From NCBI GenBank assembly GCA_963675595.2, contig CAXXLZ010000002.1, positions 3,328,001 to 3,392,000 on the forward strand: DNA of 64,000 nt. Reading direction: 5' to 3'. Below, piece by piece: positions 9,933 to 20,477 of the stretch. The notes under the pieces were generated by a model. The model did no database searches. It had not been told where the DNA came from and worked only from the letters and a program-made list of their open reading frames with translations. Position numbers and translations under genes: made by a program. Origin of the DNA: Thermodesulfobacteriota bacterium. Its GTDB lineage: Bacteria; Desulfobacterota; Desulfarculia; JACQYL01. Positions within the stretch are counted from its first letter, which is position 1. Each line of letters starts with the position of its first letter.

Positions 9933-12900
9933 TCACGAAACCCGGTCTTTTTGGTCCGATCCGGTATGGATCGGATCCCGGATGGACACGACAAGATATT
10001 CCGTCTGTGGACGACGTTCCTCACCGTCCAATTCGATTTTTCTGAGTAAAATGTCTCGGTCGCCGAATCCCGGCAAATTCACCTTGAAGTGCGTTTGCAG
10101 GGGGCCGTTGGAAGATCGAAGTACCATATCCACGTTTTTCTTCAGCGGCTCGAAATTCCAAATCCCGGGACAGGCTTCATATAATCCCGACTTTTCAACG
10201 TTTCCGGAATCGCAGCCGAAAATCCTGCAATAAGTCTGGTTCACGTTGACCACGTTGAGCGCGGAATCCACGATCATTATGGGTTCCGGAAGGGTGTCCA
10301 GAATGCCGGCGAAAAATTTCCGAGCGTGAGCCAGTTCGGAGTTGGTCGCTAACCCCAGCCCCTCACTCTTCTTCAGCTTGTCGATGTCCACAAAGGTGAG
10401 CACCACGCCGTCGATTTGATTGTCCATCTTCCGGTAAGGTTTGATCCGCATGAGGTACCAGTCACCGTCTTTGGTTAGGACTTCATCTTCTTTGGGGATC
10501 AATGTGTCGAGCACTTGCCGAAGGTCTTCCATGAGTCCCTCGTATTTCAGTTTGGTGACCATGTGTTCCAGCGGACGACCGATGTCCGTTTGAATGAGGT
10601 TGACGATGCGGGTCGCCTGTTCGGTGAACCGTTTGACCCGAAGGTCCGGGTCCAGAAAGACGGTGGCGATGTCCGTGCTGTTGAGCAGGTTTCGCATATC
10701 GTCCTGAGAGGAATCCAACTCATCGATTTTGCCATGTAATTCGGTGTTGACCGTTTGCAGTTCCTCATTGAGGGACTGCAATTCCTCCTTGGACGATTCC
10801 AATTCCTCATTGGTGCTTTGGAGTTCTTCATTGGACGACTGGAGTTCCTCGTTGATGGACTTGAGTTCCTCGTTGGAGGTTTCCAGCTCCTCGATGGTGG
10901 TCTGATGGCTTTCTCTTGTGGCTTGCAGCTCTCGCTGCAGTTCCCGAACGCGTTCATCATCCGGGTCCCCGTTCCCCTCACTTTCGCCGGAGCCGAGTGC
11001 CGTCAAGGGGGAGTTTTCCGTTTCCGCTTCCTTGAACACCACGGCCAGGCAGGAGGCGGGTTCCTCGGGAAATCTCACTGGTTTGACCAACAGGTTGAGC
11101 AAAGAAGTTCCACTGTTGGATTGGACGCGCACATGCCGTCTTTCCACGGTTTCGTTGGTTACGGCCGCCTTGCGCAGGGCCGCGGCCAATTCGACGCGCA
11201 GACCTTCCCTGGCCAAATCCAGGATGTTCTGGGTGGGGGGACCCGACGGATACTCCAGATACTTGCCCGTCCGTCCTTGAATATGTTGTATGAGTCCGTT
11301 GGGCGTTACGATAATGCAGGGAGGAGCGAATTCATCGAGGATGAGTTTTCTGCTCAGGGACGCCAAGTCCTTGTCTCCAATCTCCGATTCCACCGACATC
11401 GGAAGTCCGATTTCGCGTTCTTCATGGTAACCTGCTCCTGTGGGGAATTTCACTTCGGGCCGCTCGCTGGTGGGTAAATCGCGCCGGCGGAAAACCTTCC
11501 ATTTGTTGTCCAAGGGAAGGAACAAGTTGCCGAAGGTCCCGATGGTCTCTGAGGACCCCAGCAGCAGAACTCCTCCCGGCTTCAGAGTGTAGTGGAACAA
11601 GGGCAACAAGGTCTTCTGGGCTTCGGAGTCCAAATAGATGAGCAGGTTCCGACAACTGAGCAGGTCCAGTTTGGAAAAGGGGGGATCCTTGAGCACGTCC
11701 TGAACGGAAAATACAATGTGGTCCCGAAGTTCTCGCTTGACTCGATAGGTTTCCCCCTCTCCGCTGAAAAAGTGTTTCAAGCGCTCCTGGTTGACCTCAG
11801 CGGCAATGTTTCTTGGATAGGAGCCCTCTCGGGCTTTTTCTACTGCGGTTTCGTCGATATCCGTCCCAAAAACCTGCAATCGGATTTGACGTCCCTGTTC
11901 CTGGATGGCTTCCAGAACCACCATGGCAATGGAATAGGCTTCCTCGCCGGTGGAACAGCCGGGAACCCATACCCGAAACGTCCCATCTTCGTCCAACTCT
12001 CTGAGCAATCCGGGTAATACGTCGTGTTTCAGCGTTGCGAAAGCCTCATGATCGCGAAAAAAGGAAGTGACGCCGATGAGAAGTTCCCGAAACAGCGCGG
12101 TCACCTCAGCGCCGCTTTCACGTAATAGTTGGATATACTGATCGTATTCACCGATTTGTTGAATGCCCATCCTCCTGGCGACACGCCGCACCATGGTATT
12201 CTTCTTGTATTTGGAGAAGTCGTGGCCGGTGCGATTACTGAGGATGATGAAAATCTTTTTGAGCCAATCCTCCGAAAGAGGTTGGATAACTATTTCTTTT
12301 CGGCCCAGGAGGTGATCCGTCTGTCTGAAATACCGGAGAATTTTTTCCGGCATGGCTTCCGGTGGAAGCGTCATATCCACCAGCCCGGTTTGGATCGCGT
12401 GATGGGGCATGCCGTTGTACTTGGCTGTTTGCGGATCCTGGGCCACGGCCAGACCCTCGTTGGCTTTGATCTGCTCCAGCCCCAGGGTTCCGTCCGTCCC
12501 AGTGCCGGAAAGAATCACGGCCGCGGCTTTTTCTTTTTTGGCGCAAGCCAGGGATTGCAGAAAAAAGTCAATGGGAAGCGAGGAGGTGTCGGTCTTTATG
12601 AGGTCGAAAACCTGGATGGTTTCACCCGTAATACCCAGCTCCTTGTTGGGTGAGGTGATGTAGACTCTATCGGGTTGGATCTTGTCGCCGTCGGTCGCGG
12701 CTTTGACCTCGAGTTTCGTGACCTTCTGCAGCAGTTCGGGCAACAGACTCCCCTGTTTCGGCGCCAGATGCACCACCACCACGAAGGCCATGCCGCATGG
12801 CACGGGCACGGCGGAGAAAAAGGACTTGAGGGCTTCCAGACCTCCGGCGGACGCGCCTATTCCCACCACGGGAATCTCCCTTTTCATCGAGCAGGGAGGT

Positions 12901-13013
12901 GGTTCGCCTACCGGCTTAGCGGTGGAGCTTCCTTTTCCTTGGGACACGGCGCCTTCCTGTTCGGCGTTCTTTTTATCCGGAGCTTCTTCTTTTGGAGGCT
13001 TAGGCTTGGCCAT
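9933..13013 (-). CDS. CheB/CheR fusion protein with coiled coil and PAS domains
   Basis: CheB triad motifs GASAGG, VVHL, GTGTDG; CheR motifs VTSFFRD, PGCSTGEEAYS, SCRNLLIY; EELQSxNEEL heptads; C-terminal PAS. Confidence 0.95.
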   Translation of the reverse strand: MAKPKPPKEEAPDKKNAEQEGAVSQGKGSSTAKPVGEPPPCSMKREIPVVGIGASAGGLEALKSFFSAVPVPCGMAFVVVVHLAPKQGSLLPELLQKVTKLEVKAATDGDKIQPDRVYITSPNKELGITGETIQVFDLIKTDTSSLPIDFFLQSLACAKKEKAAAVILSGTGTDGTLGLEQIKANEGLAVAQDPQTAKYNGMPHHAIQTGLVDMTLPPEAMPEKILRYFRQTDHLLGRKEIVIQPLSEDWLKKIFIILSNRTGHDFSKYKKNTMVRRVARRMGIQQIGEYDQYIQLLRESGAEVTALFRELLIGVTSFFRDHEAFATLKHDVLPGLLRELDEDGTFRVWVPGCSTGEEAYSIAMVVLEAIQEQGRQIRLQVFGTDIDETAVEKAREGSYPRNIAAEVNQERLKHFFSGEGETYRVKRELRDHIVFSVQDVLKDPPFSKLDLLSCRNLLIYLDSEAQKTLLPLFHYTLKPGGVLLLGSSETIGTFGNLFLPLDNKWKVFRRRDLPTSERPEVKFPTGAGYHEEREIGLPMSVESEIGDKDLASLSRKLILDEFAPPCIIVTPNGLIQHIQGRTGKYLEYPSGPPTQNILDLAREGLRVELAAALRKAAVTNETVERRHVRVQSNSGTSLLNLLVKPVRFPEEPASCLAVVFKEAETENSPLTALGSGESEGNGDPDDERVRELQRELQATRESHQTTIEELETSNEELKSINEELQSSNEELQSTNEELESSKEELQSLNEELQTVNTELHGKIDELDSSQDDMRNLLNSTDIATVFLDPDLRVKRFTEQATRIVNLIQTDIGRPLEHMVTKLKYEGLMEDLRQVLDTLIPKEDEVLTKDGDWYLMRIKPYRKMDNQIDGVVLTFVDIDKLKKSEGLGLATNSELAHARKFFAGILDTLPEPIMIVDSALNVVNVNQTYCRIFGCDSGNVEKSGLYEACPGIWNFEPLKKNVDMVLRSSNGPLQTHFKVNLPGFGDRDILLRKIELDGEERRPQTEYLVVSIRDPIHTGSDQKDRVS

Positions 13014-13854
13014 GTCTTTTCCTGGCTTTCATTTCGAGGGGGCACTCGCTCGAGACACGGAGGCGGTGATAATAGGCCGATTCCGCGAATTGTGGGGAAA
13101 ATGCATTGCTTTCACACAAAAAGACCGTCTTGTTTCGGACGCTGAGACGCTTTTGAAGCATTGCGGAATCATCCGTAAAAGCAACAAATTCTCATTACCG
13201 CGCCAAATCGGTTTGAGGAAGTCTGATTCTCTCCGTGCCACGGAGAACAATAAGAGCGGGAGTTGAGAGGATTCCATCAAGAAGTGTTGAATACCACACC
13301 TTGGCAACAAATTGTATCATATCGATTTGATTCTTGACAACGGTAAGGGCTCCGAAAGTGGGATTCTTTCCTTGCTCTACCGACCGAGACCCGTCTATAT
13401 TAAGAAGCACTAAGAATTGTGGCACATTGCGCAAAGTGAGTGGGCGGCCGGTCGGGGTTTGTTTGGTATGCGATTCACTATAACACGAATTGTCTATACT
13501 CTAAATTACGTATAATCGTCTCCGGCAGACGGGACGCCGGCGGCCGTCGCGGCTTTTCGCTCGCGGTGGGTTCTTCGTTCGGTCTTTCGCTTCATTTTTT
13601 TTCGACCCGCTCTCCGCGTTCAGGCCCCGTTTCCATCGAAATTCCAATTATCCCTACAAACCAGTCCGTCCATGCCTACCGGCGATCGGAGCGCTCCGCT
13701 CCTTTGCGGGGGGAGTCTCGCCGATGCGACGCTCTATCGCGGCGGATTGCCGGTGGGTCCGTCCCTCAAGCGTTCGCACGGCATGGGGGCGCTCGCAGGC
13801 TTCGAACCCTGTTTTCCATTTGGGTCCATGAGGAAAAACCGCAGGAGGAACTCT

Positions 13855-15135
13855 ATGGGAATTGCGCGCAGTTTACGATTGCCGGCCTGCCTGGCGATCG
13901 CCGTTCTGCTGTTTTGTCCCGACTTCGCTGGAGCCAAAAGCCCGAGGCAAGCGGGACAGATACGGATCATCCCCGCTTCACCGGAAGCGAACGCTCTCCT
14001 TCAACCGGCGATTTTGTCGGGACTTCAAAACGGGGTGCCCTGGTCCATGACGTTGGAATCGATGAACTACGGAAACGTTTACATCGAGGTGCCCGAGGGG
14101 GCCACAAAGCTCACGGTGGTCACATCCGGCGGCGTGGGGGACCTGGACTTGTATCTCAAATACGGGAGCACGGTTTCCGGTGGAACCGTGCCCGAGTTGG
14201 ATGAGGATGCCGACATCCGCTCCGACGGACCCACCGCCGTCGAGCAAATCGAGATTACGCCCGAAACGAATCCCCCCCTGGTGAAAGGAAACTGGTATAT
14301 CGCCGTGCTCAATCTGAACGATTATACGACGCAGTTCAGCGTCACGGCGACCTATGAAACCCCGGAACCCGAGGAAGCGGAGGCATTGCCGCAGCTTTCT
14401 TTTCGCATCAACGACGCCCACGCAACACCCTGGTCCTCGGTTCGCATCGCGGCGGACGCCTCGGGCGCCGAAGCCGAAGATCGATTCGACCTATACGTGG
14501 CCTTGCGGGATGCGGGTACCGGCGCCCTGACGTTTCTTTCGGAAAGCCCCCCGGCGGACGGATGGATTTTTCCTTTCCGATCGAATTTCGCGTTCACCGA
14601 CGAAGTGGTCCTTCTGGAAGGAATCCTCGGCGCGGAACTTCCGCAGATGACTTTTTACCTGTTCGGGGTGTTGGTGAAACCCGGTGCGTCGCCGTTGGAC
14701 CCGAGTAATTGGGCGAGCGACCTGGCGGCCCTGGTGATCATTCTGGGGAATCTGTCCCAAGTCCAGTGGGACGTGCTTTCCGACTATGGAACGCCCCATG
14801 CGTTTCATATCCTTTTCGACCGTGAAACCCATCGACGCATCGAAACCTGGAGTTACGGGAGCAATCGAATGTTTCAGTTCATTAACGGTCAAGGCCTGGT
14901 CGCTCCGGAACCGGGTGCGCGAGGCGGCGTATCGGGAGGAAGGGGCGTTCCCGTGTCCTATGGTCCGGGGTTCTTCCATCCGTCCACAACCACGGAGGAC
15001 CTGCGTGCTTTGCTGGGTGAGCCGGACCGTATTCTGGACGGGGAAACCCCGGGGGAACGAACGTGGTATTTCTGCGGGGCGGGAATTTTCGCCACTTTCG
15101 TCAATGATGTGGTTACGGAAATAGGGGGCGAGTGA
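13855..15135 (+). CDS. Secreted protein with pre-peptidase C-terminal (PPC)-like domain
   Basis: AGGAGG RBS plus ATG 13855; signal peptide; VPEGATKLTV.TSGG.GDLDLY...GNWYIAV PPC pattern; C-terminal LRALLGEPD..WYF..FVND SmpA/OmlA-like segment. Confidence 0.7.
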   Translation: MGIARSLRLPACLAIAVLLFCPDFAGAKSPRQAGQIRIIPASPEANALLQPAILSGLQNGVPWSMTLESMNYGNVYIEVPEGATKLTVVTSGGVGDLDLYLKYGSTVSGGTVPELDEDADIRSDGPTAVEQIEITPETNPPLVKGNWYIAVLNLNDYTTQFSVTATYETPEPEEAEALPQLSFRINDAHATPWSSVRIAADASGAEAEDRFDLYVALRDAGTGALTFLSESPPADGWIFPFRSNFAFTDEVVLLEGILGAELPQMTFYLFGVLVKPGASPLDPSNWASDLAALVIILGNLSQVQWDVLSDYGTPHAFHILFDRETHRRIETWSYGSNRMFQFINGQGLVAPEPGARGGVSGGRGVPVSYGPGFFHPSTTTEDLRALLGEPDRILDGETPGERTWYFCGAGIFATFVNDVVTEIGGE

Positions 15136-17702
15136 TGCGTCGATTGGGAATGGTCCTGTTGGCCGCCGTCTTGACCCTAAGTGCGGTCCGTCCCGTCGTC
15201 GCGGTCATGACCGGCGACGACGCCTGCAAGGAATGCGGAATCAGCACATCATACGATTCGGTGTCATATTATCTCAGCAAGCCATGGACTTACTATAACA
15301 ACTGCATCTTTTCCGTGGACGCCCTCAGTCGTGACACGCGCGTGAGATGCTACTGCATCGCCTATCTTCTGAATAGATGGGGAGACCCGGACTATGCCGC
15401 GGGTGAAACCAAGTTCAGGGATTCCCTGGTGGAGAAAGGACCGTGCTCCCTAACGGGGCCCAATGATGTGGATTTGCCCGCCACGGGCCGGGAGATCGGC
15501 GTCACCTTGTCGGGGAAGGTGCCCAATGCCCGGGACAGCGTCACGGTGCGTTCCGATTGGGACTCTTCCGCCGCAACGACCGAGTCGGATTTGGAGGGGA
15601 ATTTTTCCGTCAACTTCAATCCGGTGTTGATGCCCGACGAATCCGAACATGCGGCCCTTACCTTCCATATCGAGCAGGCCCAGGGATGCACCAACATGGA
15701 TTTGGCCTCCCATACGGTGATGCTGAAACGACCGCAGCCCAAGGCGGAACTGAAACTCCAGGACGGAGGCAAGTCGGACGTTCAACCCGGAGAACCGGTG
15801 TGGTTCGTTGCCGAAGTGAAGGCCGTGGGACCCGTCTCGTGCGAGCTGCTGGCCGACGACGAGAAGCATACCCCTGTGCCCATGATTCCTTCGGGCGGCA
15901 CGGGGAAGATGGTCTCGTCCTTCAGCACCACGTTTACCGACAATGCTAAGGTGCGGCTCCAGGCAACGGACAATTCCGGCCAGAACACCTTCAGCAATTC
16001 CATTGAAATCAAAGCCCGCCGACTTCCGAGCGTCACCCGGGTGCAGAAGCAGGGCTGTTACGAAGCGGGAGGGCAGGTGGGAGGCATCCTCCTGATTCAC
16101 TACCAAAATCCCAGTAAGGCCTATCTGTCGGTGACCGTTGAAGCCCATTTCAAAGGGGCCAAGTCTTCGACTTTCGTGAGCATCGGTGATCAGACCCAAG
16201 GGCAATGCGAGGCGCGGGTTCTTTTTCCCTATTGGCCCGGTCCCGGAGACCCTCAAAAGGTTACCATCAACGTCCTGGTGAAACCCAATTACACCTTTCT
16301 GCCCGATGGCTCCAAAGACTTACCCGCCAAATCGGGGTCCTTCAAAGTGGACTACGGGAAGCACGGATTCAGCTCGGATACCAAGGCGATCGGTTCGTAT
16401 TCCGACGAAGGGTGCGAGTTCTGCACGGACTGCTGGGACTCCCTTGCCGACATGGACGAAGACGGAATAAGCGATGAGAAGGACAATTGCCTGAGCACGC
16501 CCAACGCCGACCAAAAGGATGAGGATAACGATCAAGTCGGCGATGCGTGCGACAACTGCCCCACGCATCCCAATCGAAGCCAGCGGGATCAGGACGAGGA
16601 CGGCATTGGAGACGAGTGCGACTCCTGCCCGGAATTGGCCGGGGCCGGCGGAGCCGATGCGGACAACGACGGATGGGGGGATGAATGCGATAATTGTCCG
16701 CAGGTCTTCAATCCCACCCAGTCGGACCAAGACGGCGACGAAAAGGGTGATGAATGCGACAACTGCCCCGACGTCGCCAACTCCGACCAGGCGGACGACA
16801 ACGGCGACGGTGTGGGCGACGCATGTCCGGAGTTCATCTGCGTTCCGCCGGATTGTTGTGAGGAGTTTCCGGAACCCTGCGACGGGGATTGTTACGAACC
16901 CTGCCGGGACGGATGGGAACCCGACCCGTCGGATTGTTCCGTGTGCGTATCCACCGTGGATGAGCACCCTCCCATGGTGAGCATCACATCACCCGCCTCC
17001 GGTACCCTGGTTACCGCCGGGTCCACCGTTACCGTGTCCGCCCTCTTCTGGGATGCCGGCGAAAAGGACGGAGGGGTGGTTTCGGGGGTCTTCTCGGCGG
17101 CGGGGGAAGCCCTGGGCGGCGGGCCCGGTCCCGCGAGCTTTACCTCTTCCCCGGTGGGCGAAGTCACCAAGAACTGCACCATTACCGTGAAATCGGATAT
17201 CGACGGCATTGCGGACCCCAACATCGTGGTCACGGCCCAGGGGACCGACGCACGGGGAAACCGTTCCGCCGCGGCCTCCATTACCCTGAAGGCCGTAGCC
17301 CCGACCGAATGCGAGCCGCCGGGATGTTGCGCTGAAAAGCCGTTGCCGTGCGACCCGTGGTGCCTTCCCGCCGATTATGTTTGTTGCGATGCGGGAGGCG
17401 GCGGGTATTGTAATCCGGGGGAAATCTGTTGTGGGACCGACTACTGCTGCCAACCCGGAGCCGAGTGTTGCGGGGACAGCTGCTGTCCCTTGGGAGCCGA
17501 GTGCTGTTCCGGACTCGGCTGCTGTGCGCCGGGTACGTGCTGCGGTCAGGGCTGCTGTCCCGACACGAGCTATTACTGTTGCTATCATGGAAGAGCTTGC
17601 TGCCCGTATGGAACCGAATGTACGGAAGACGGGAGGTGTGTGAGTTCGACCAATTCCGTTCCCATGCGGATGAATGGCTTCCTGATACAGGACGGGATTT
17701 GA
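15135..17702 (+). CDS. Large secreted protein with thrombospondin type 3 repeats, Ig-like domain and Cys-rich tail
   Basis: Signal peptide; DxDxDGxGDxCDNCP repeats; PPMVSITSPASG..TAQGTDARGNRS Ig-like domain; 12 CC pairs at the C-terminus; start overlaps the upstream stop. Confidence 0.85.
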   Translation: MRRLGMVLLAAVLTLSAVRPVVAVMTGDDACKECGISTSYDSVSYYLSKPWTYYNNCIFSVDALSRDTRVRCYCIAYLLNRWGDPDYAAGETKFRDSLVEKGPCSLTGPNDVDLPATGREIGVTLSGKVPNARDSVTVRSDWDSSAATTESDLEGNFSVNFNPVLMPDESEHAALTFHIEQAQGCTNMDLASHTVMLKRPQPKAELKLQDGGKSDVQPGEPVWFVAEVKAVGPVSCELLADDEKHTPVPMIPSGGTGKMVSSFSTTFTDNAKVRLQATDNSGQNTFSNSIEIKARRLPSVTRVQKQGCYEAGGQVGGILLIHYQNPSKAYLSVTVEAHFKGAKSSTFVSIGDQTQGQCEARVLFPYWPGPGDPQKVTINVLVKPNYTFLPDGSKDLPAKSGSFKVDYGKHGFSSDTKAIGSYSDEGCEFCTDCWDSLADMDEDGISDEKDNCLSTPNADQKDEDNDQVGDACDNCPTHPNRSQRDQDEDGIGDECDSCPELAGAGGADADNDGWGDECDNCPQVFNPTQSDQDGDEKGDECDNCPDVANSDQADDNGDGVGDACPEFICVPPDCCEEFPEPCDGDCYEPCRDGWEPDPSDCSVCVSTVDEHPPMVSITSPASGTLVTAGSTVTVSALFWDAGEKDGGVVSGVFSAAGEALGGGPGPASFTSSPVGEVTKNCTITVKSDIDGIADPNIVVTAQGTDARGNRSAAASITLKAVAPTECEPPGCCAEKPLPCDPWCLPADYVCCDAGGGGYCNPGEICCGTDYCCQPGAECCGDSCCPLGAECCSGLGCCAPGTCCGQGCCPDTSYYCCYHGRACCPYGTECTEDGRCVSSTNSVPMRMNGFLIQDGI
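16449..16829 (+). repeat. Thrombospondin type 3 (Ca-binding) repeats, ~6 units
   Basis: DMDEDGISDEKDNC, DEDNDQVGDACDNCP, DQDEDGIGDECDSCP, DADNDGWGDECDNCP, DQDGDEKGDECDNCP, DDNGDGVGDACP. Confidence 0.9.
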
Positions 17703-17871
17703 CGAAAAGCCGCACCGGGGTTTCCCTATTCGGGGATGGTGTGTTTTTCGTACGGATCGGATTACGGAGGGTTGAGACTGCATCAAATCGGATCATGGGA
17801 CCCGAGGGAGGAGCCGTCGGAAAGGCTCCCTCCCCTCATCATGCCCCGTTAAAGGGAAAACGTCATATGCC

Positions 17872-18023
17872 CTGAAAAACGGCTCCCGATCCGCGGAGTT
17901 GTACTTCATTCCTCGTCACTGCGACGCACTTCCATGTAGGCCTCGCTTCCTAACATTTGCGTGCGTTTCACCTCGCCGTCTTTCAACAGCCTGAAATCAT
18001 CGGACTTTTTACCGAGCCGTCAA
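17872..18023. repeat. Degenerate MITE-like intergenic element
   Basis: Inverted pair CTGAAAAACGGC (17872-17883) / GCCGTCTTTCAA (17975-17986) matches 10/12, followed by ACTTTTTACCGAGCCGTCAA. Resembles interspersed repeats recalled from Desulfobacterota genomes; single copy here. Confidence 0.35.
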
Positions 18024-18386
18024 GCCAAGGCCCTCCCGCTTCCGCTTCGTTCCGAAAGCGGGCAAGTTCCATGAAAGAAGACTTGAGGCTTCGTCGTTTC
18101 TCCCGATGTACCATATGGTAACCCCAAGCGGGATTCCCGTACTTCTCCCGGCGTCGGACGCCCAAGTCCAATGGGTCCCCATCCCGGTTCAGGTCCGGGC
18201 CGTGGCCGTTTTCGGGCGACATTGGCTTGGACCTTGCTTAAAATCGGCTAAGAATGTTTGTCCCGGAGGCAAGGCGGTATTAGAATTACATATCAAAGCC
18301 CTCCAACACGATTCGATTTCGAAAAATCGGGCGCGGACCTGAAACCGAAATCCGGCGCCTTTCGATGTAAACGGCAGGTGGTAATC

Positions 18387-20162
18387 ATGCGAACCGCTCG
18401 AATCATTCTTTTTTTATTGGCCTTAGCGGCCTGCACGGTGATGGCCGGGCCCTCGGGAGCGGTGGAAATAGACCCGAGCTCAAAGTCCATTCATCAGGAC
18501 AGCTTTGAGGATATCCTCGAAAGAGAGGGCACGGTACGGGTCATCGCCGAACTCAGGGTGGACGGGCTTCCCGCTCTGCTCAGCGCCTCCCGGGCCTACA
18601 AATCCGCCCACAGGGGTCTCGCTTTTCCCGCCGAAGGGATCGAGGCGGACGCGGCTTTGGCTCGGGGCATCGATCATGCCGCCGATCTGGCGCTCAAATC
18701 CATGGAAGGCGCGGCCTATCGGGTCGTCCACACCTATCGGAGCGTGCCCGCCATCGCTTTGGAAGTCGGACGAAAAGGCCTGGAGGCTTTGAGGGCGTCT
18801 CCCTACGTGGTCGGAGTAGCGGAGGACCGGCCCATGCCCCTTCCTCCCATGCCGGAGGAGGACCTCGACGGAGTTTCGGGCTCGACCCTGTCCCCGTCTC
18901 TCAGTGATTCCACGGACCTCATCGGAGCGGACCAAGCCTGGAGCCGGGGTTACACCGGAGACGGGTGGTATGTGGCCGTGTTGGATACCGGAATTCGGCG
19001 GACTCACCAGATGTTCGCCGGAAAAGACATTGTGGAAGCCTGCTTTTCCACCGCCGGGGATTGCCCCAACAACACTACCGTCAAGTACGGAACGGGTTCG
19101 GCCGTGCACCTCTCGAGCAGCTACGCCGGCTGGGACCACGGAACCCATGTGGCCGGCATCGCCACGGGCAACAGCGCAAGCCTGAAGGGCGTGGCCAAGG
19201 ACGCGGAGATCATCGCGGTCCAGGTGTTTTCCTACTGTTACGATTACTATAGCGGGCAATGGTATCTCGGAAGCTACCCGTCGGATCAGATCGCCGGGAT
19301 GGACTACGTATACAGCCTGCGGACCACCAAGCAGATCGCGTCCGTGAACATGAGCCTGGGAGGAAGCGCCTATTCCAGCGAGTCTTCGTGCGATTCGGCG
19401 TCTTCATCCACCAAGACGGCGATCGATAACCTCCGGGCCGTGGGCATTGCCACGGCCATCGCCTCGGGCAACTCATACCAGTGCAACGGCGTATCCACTC
19501 CGGGCTGCATCTCCACCGCGGTGGCGGTGGGCGCCACGTCCAAATCGGATGCGGAGGCGAACTTCAGCAACTGGCAGTCCGATATTCTGGATGTGTTCGC
19601 TCCGGGGGTGTCCATCCTTTCATCCACCGCGGACAGCGACTACAGCACCGAAGCCTGGAACGGAACCTCCATGGCCACGCCTCACGTGGCCGGCGCCTGG
19701 GCCGTGCTCAAACAACGTTCTCCCGACGCTTCGGTGAGTGAGGTCCTGAACGCTCTGCAGAGCACCGGCGTCACCGTGAGCAGTCGGTGCGGCACCGGAA
19801 GCAAGCCCAGAATCAACGTGAACTCCGCTTTGGACGCTCTGTCGTCTCAGACCGACCCGCCCATCGCCGATTTTACGTCGGACGTAAGGTCGGGAGCTCT
19901 TCCCCTGACGGTGAGCTTCACGAATCTCGGGAGCGGACAGATTTCCTCTTATCGTTGGTCCTTCGGCGACGGCGCAACGAGCACGCTTGCCAATCCTTCT
20001 CATACCTATTCCACAAAAGGTCGATATACGGTGGCGCTCACCGTGACCGGCTCCGGGGGCTCGGACACGGAAACCAAGGAGCGTTATGTGCGGGCGGGAT
20101 ACGCATTGAACGGCCTACTGATACAAGCGACGATCGGGCAGTTGCTGGAAGACGACGACTAG
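18387..20162 (+). CDS. S8 (subtilisin) family serine peptidase with C-terminal PKD domain
   Basis: Signal peptide; triad VAVLDTG, HGTHVAGIA, GTSMATPHVAG; PKD pattern WSFGDG..NPSHTY..G.YTVALTV. Confidence 0.95.
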   Translation: MRTARIILFLLALAACTVMAGPSGAVEIDPSSKSIHQDSFEDILEREGTVRVIAELRVDGLPALLSASRAYKSAHRGLAFPAEGIEADAALARGIDHAADLALKSMEGAAYRVVHTYRSVPAIALEVGRKGLEALRASPYVVGVAEDRPMPLPPMPEEDLDGVSGSTLSPSLSDSTDLIGADQAWSRGYTGDGWYVAVLDTGIRRTHQMFAGKDIVEACFSTAGDCPNNTTVKYGTGSAVHLSSSYAGWDHGTHVAGIATGNSASLKGVAKDAEIIAVQVFSYCYDYYSGQWYLGSYPSDQIAGMDYVYSLRTTKQIASVNMSLGGSAYSSESSCDSASSSTKTAIDNLRAVGIATAIASGNSYQCNGVSTPGCISTAVAVGATSKSDAEANFSNWQSDILDVFAPGVSILSSTADSDYSTEAWNGTSMATPHVAGAWAVLKQRSPDASVSEVLNALQSTGVTVSSRCGTGSKPRINVNSALDALSSQTDPPIADFTSDVRSGALPLTVSFTNLGSGQISSYRWSFGDGATSTLANPSHTYSTKGRYTVALTVTGSGGSDTETKERYVRAGYALNGLLIQATIGQLLEDDD

Positions 20163-20189
20163 ACCATTTTTCGAGGAATTCAACCTGAT

Positions 20190-20222
20190 TCAGGGCGGGC
20201 CTTGGTGTCCGCCCTGATTTTT
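20190..20222 (+). terminator. Intrinsic terminator after S8 peptidase
   Basis: TCAGGGCGGGC-CTTGGT-GTCCGCCCTGA followed by a T run. Confidence 0.75.
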
Positions 20223-20477
20223 GGGGTCCCGCCTTAAGACGTCCCTTTTCTTGTTCTTCATCACTGAAACCCGGTGTTCCTCCGGGAATTCTCTACGACA
20301 GCCTCCTCCCTCGTCGCGGAATCGCCGGGCGGCGGACCGAGACTGGTGCGAAGGACGACGAATGCTCCTCCCCTTGCGACCGTCGGGTCGGCAAGGTCTG
20401 GAACATTTCCGACCTTTTATTTATGCTGATCCCATATCCGTTGTTCCCCTTTTCCCAATTCACCCGGAGGTATTGGA

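Noticed and set aside
9911-10024. Extended N-terminus of the histidine kinase
   Set aside because: Overlaps cheBR; ATG 9910 has a proper RBS.
10740-10900. EELQSxNEEL heptad repeats
   Set aside because: Standard coiled-coil linker of CheB/CheR fusions.
13300-13436. Sigma-54-like TGGCA...TTG sites (13302, 13420)
   Set aside because: The GG-N10-GC spacing is not met in either case.
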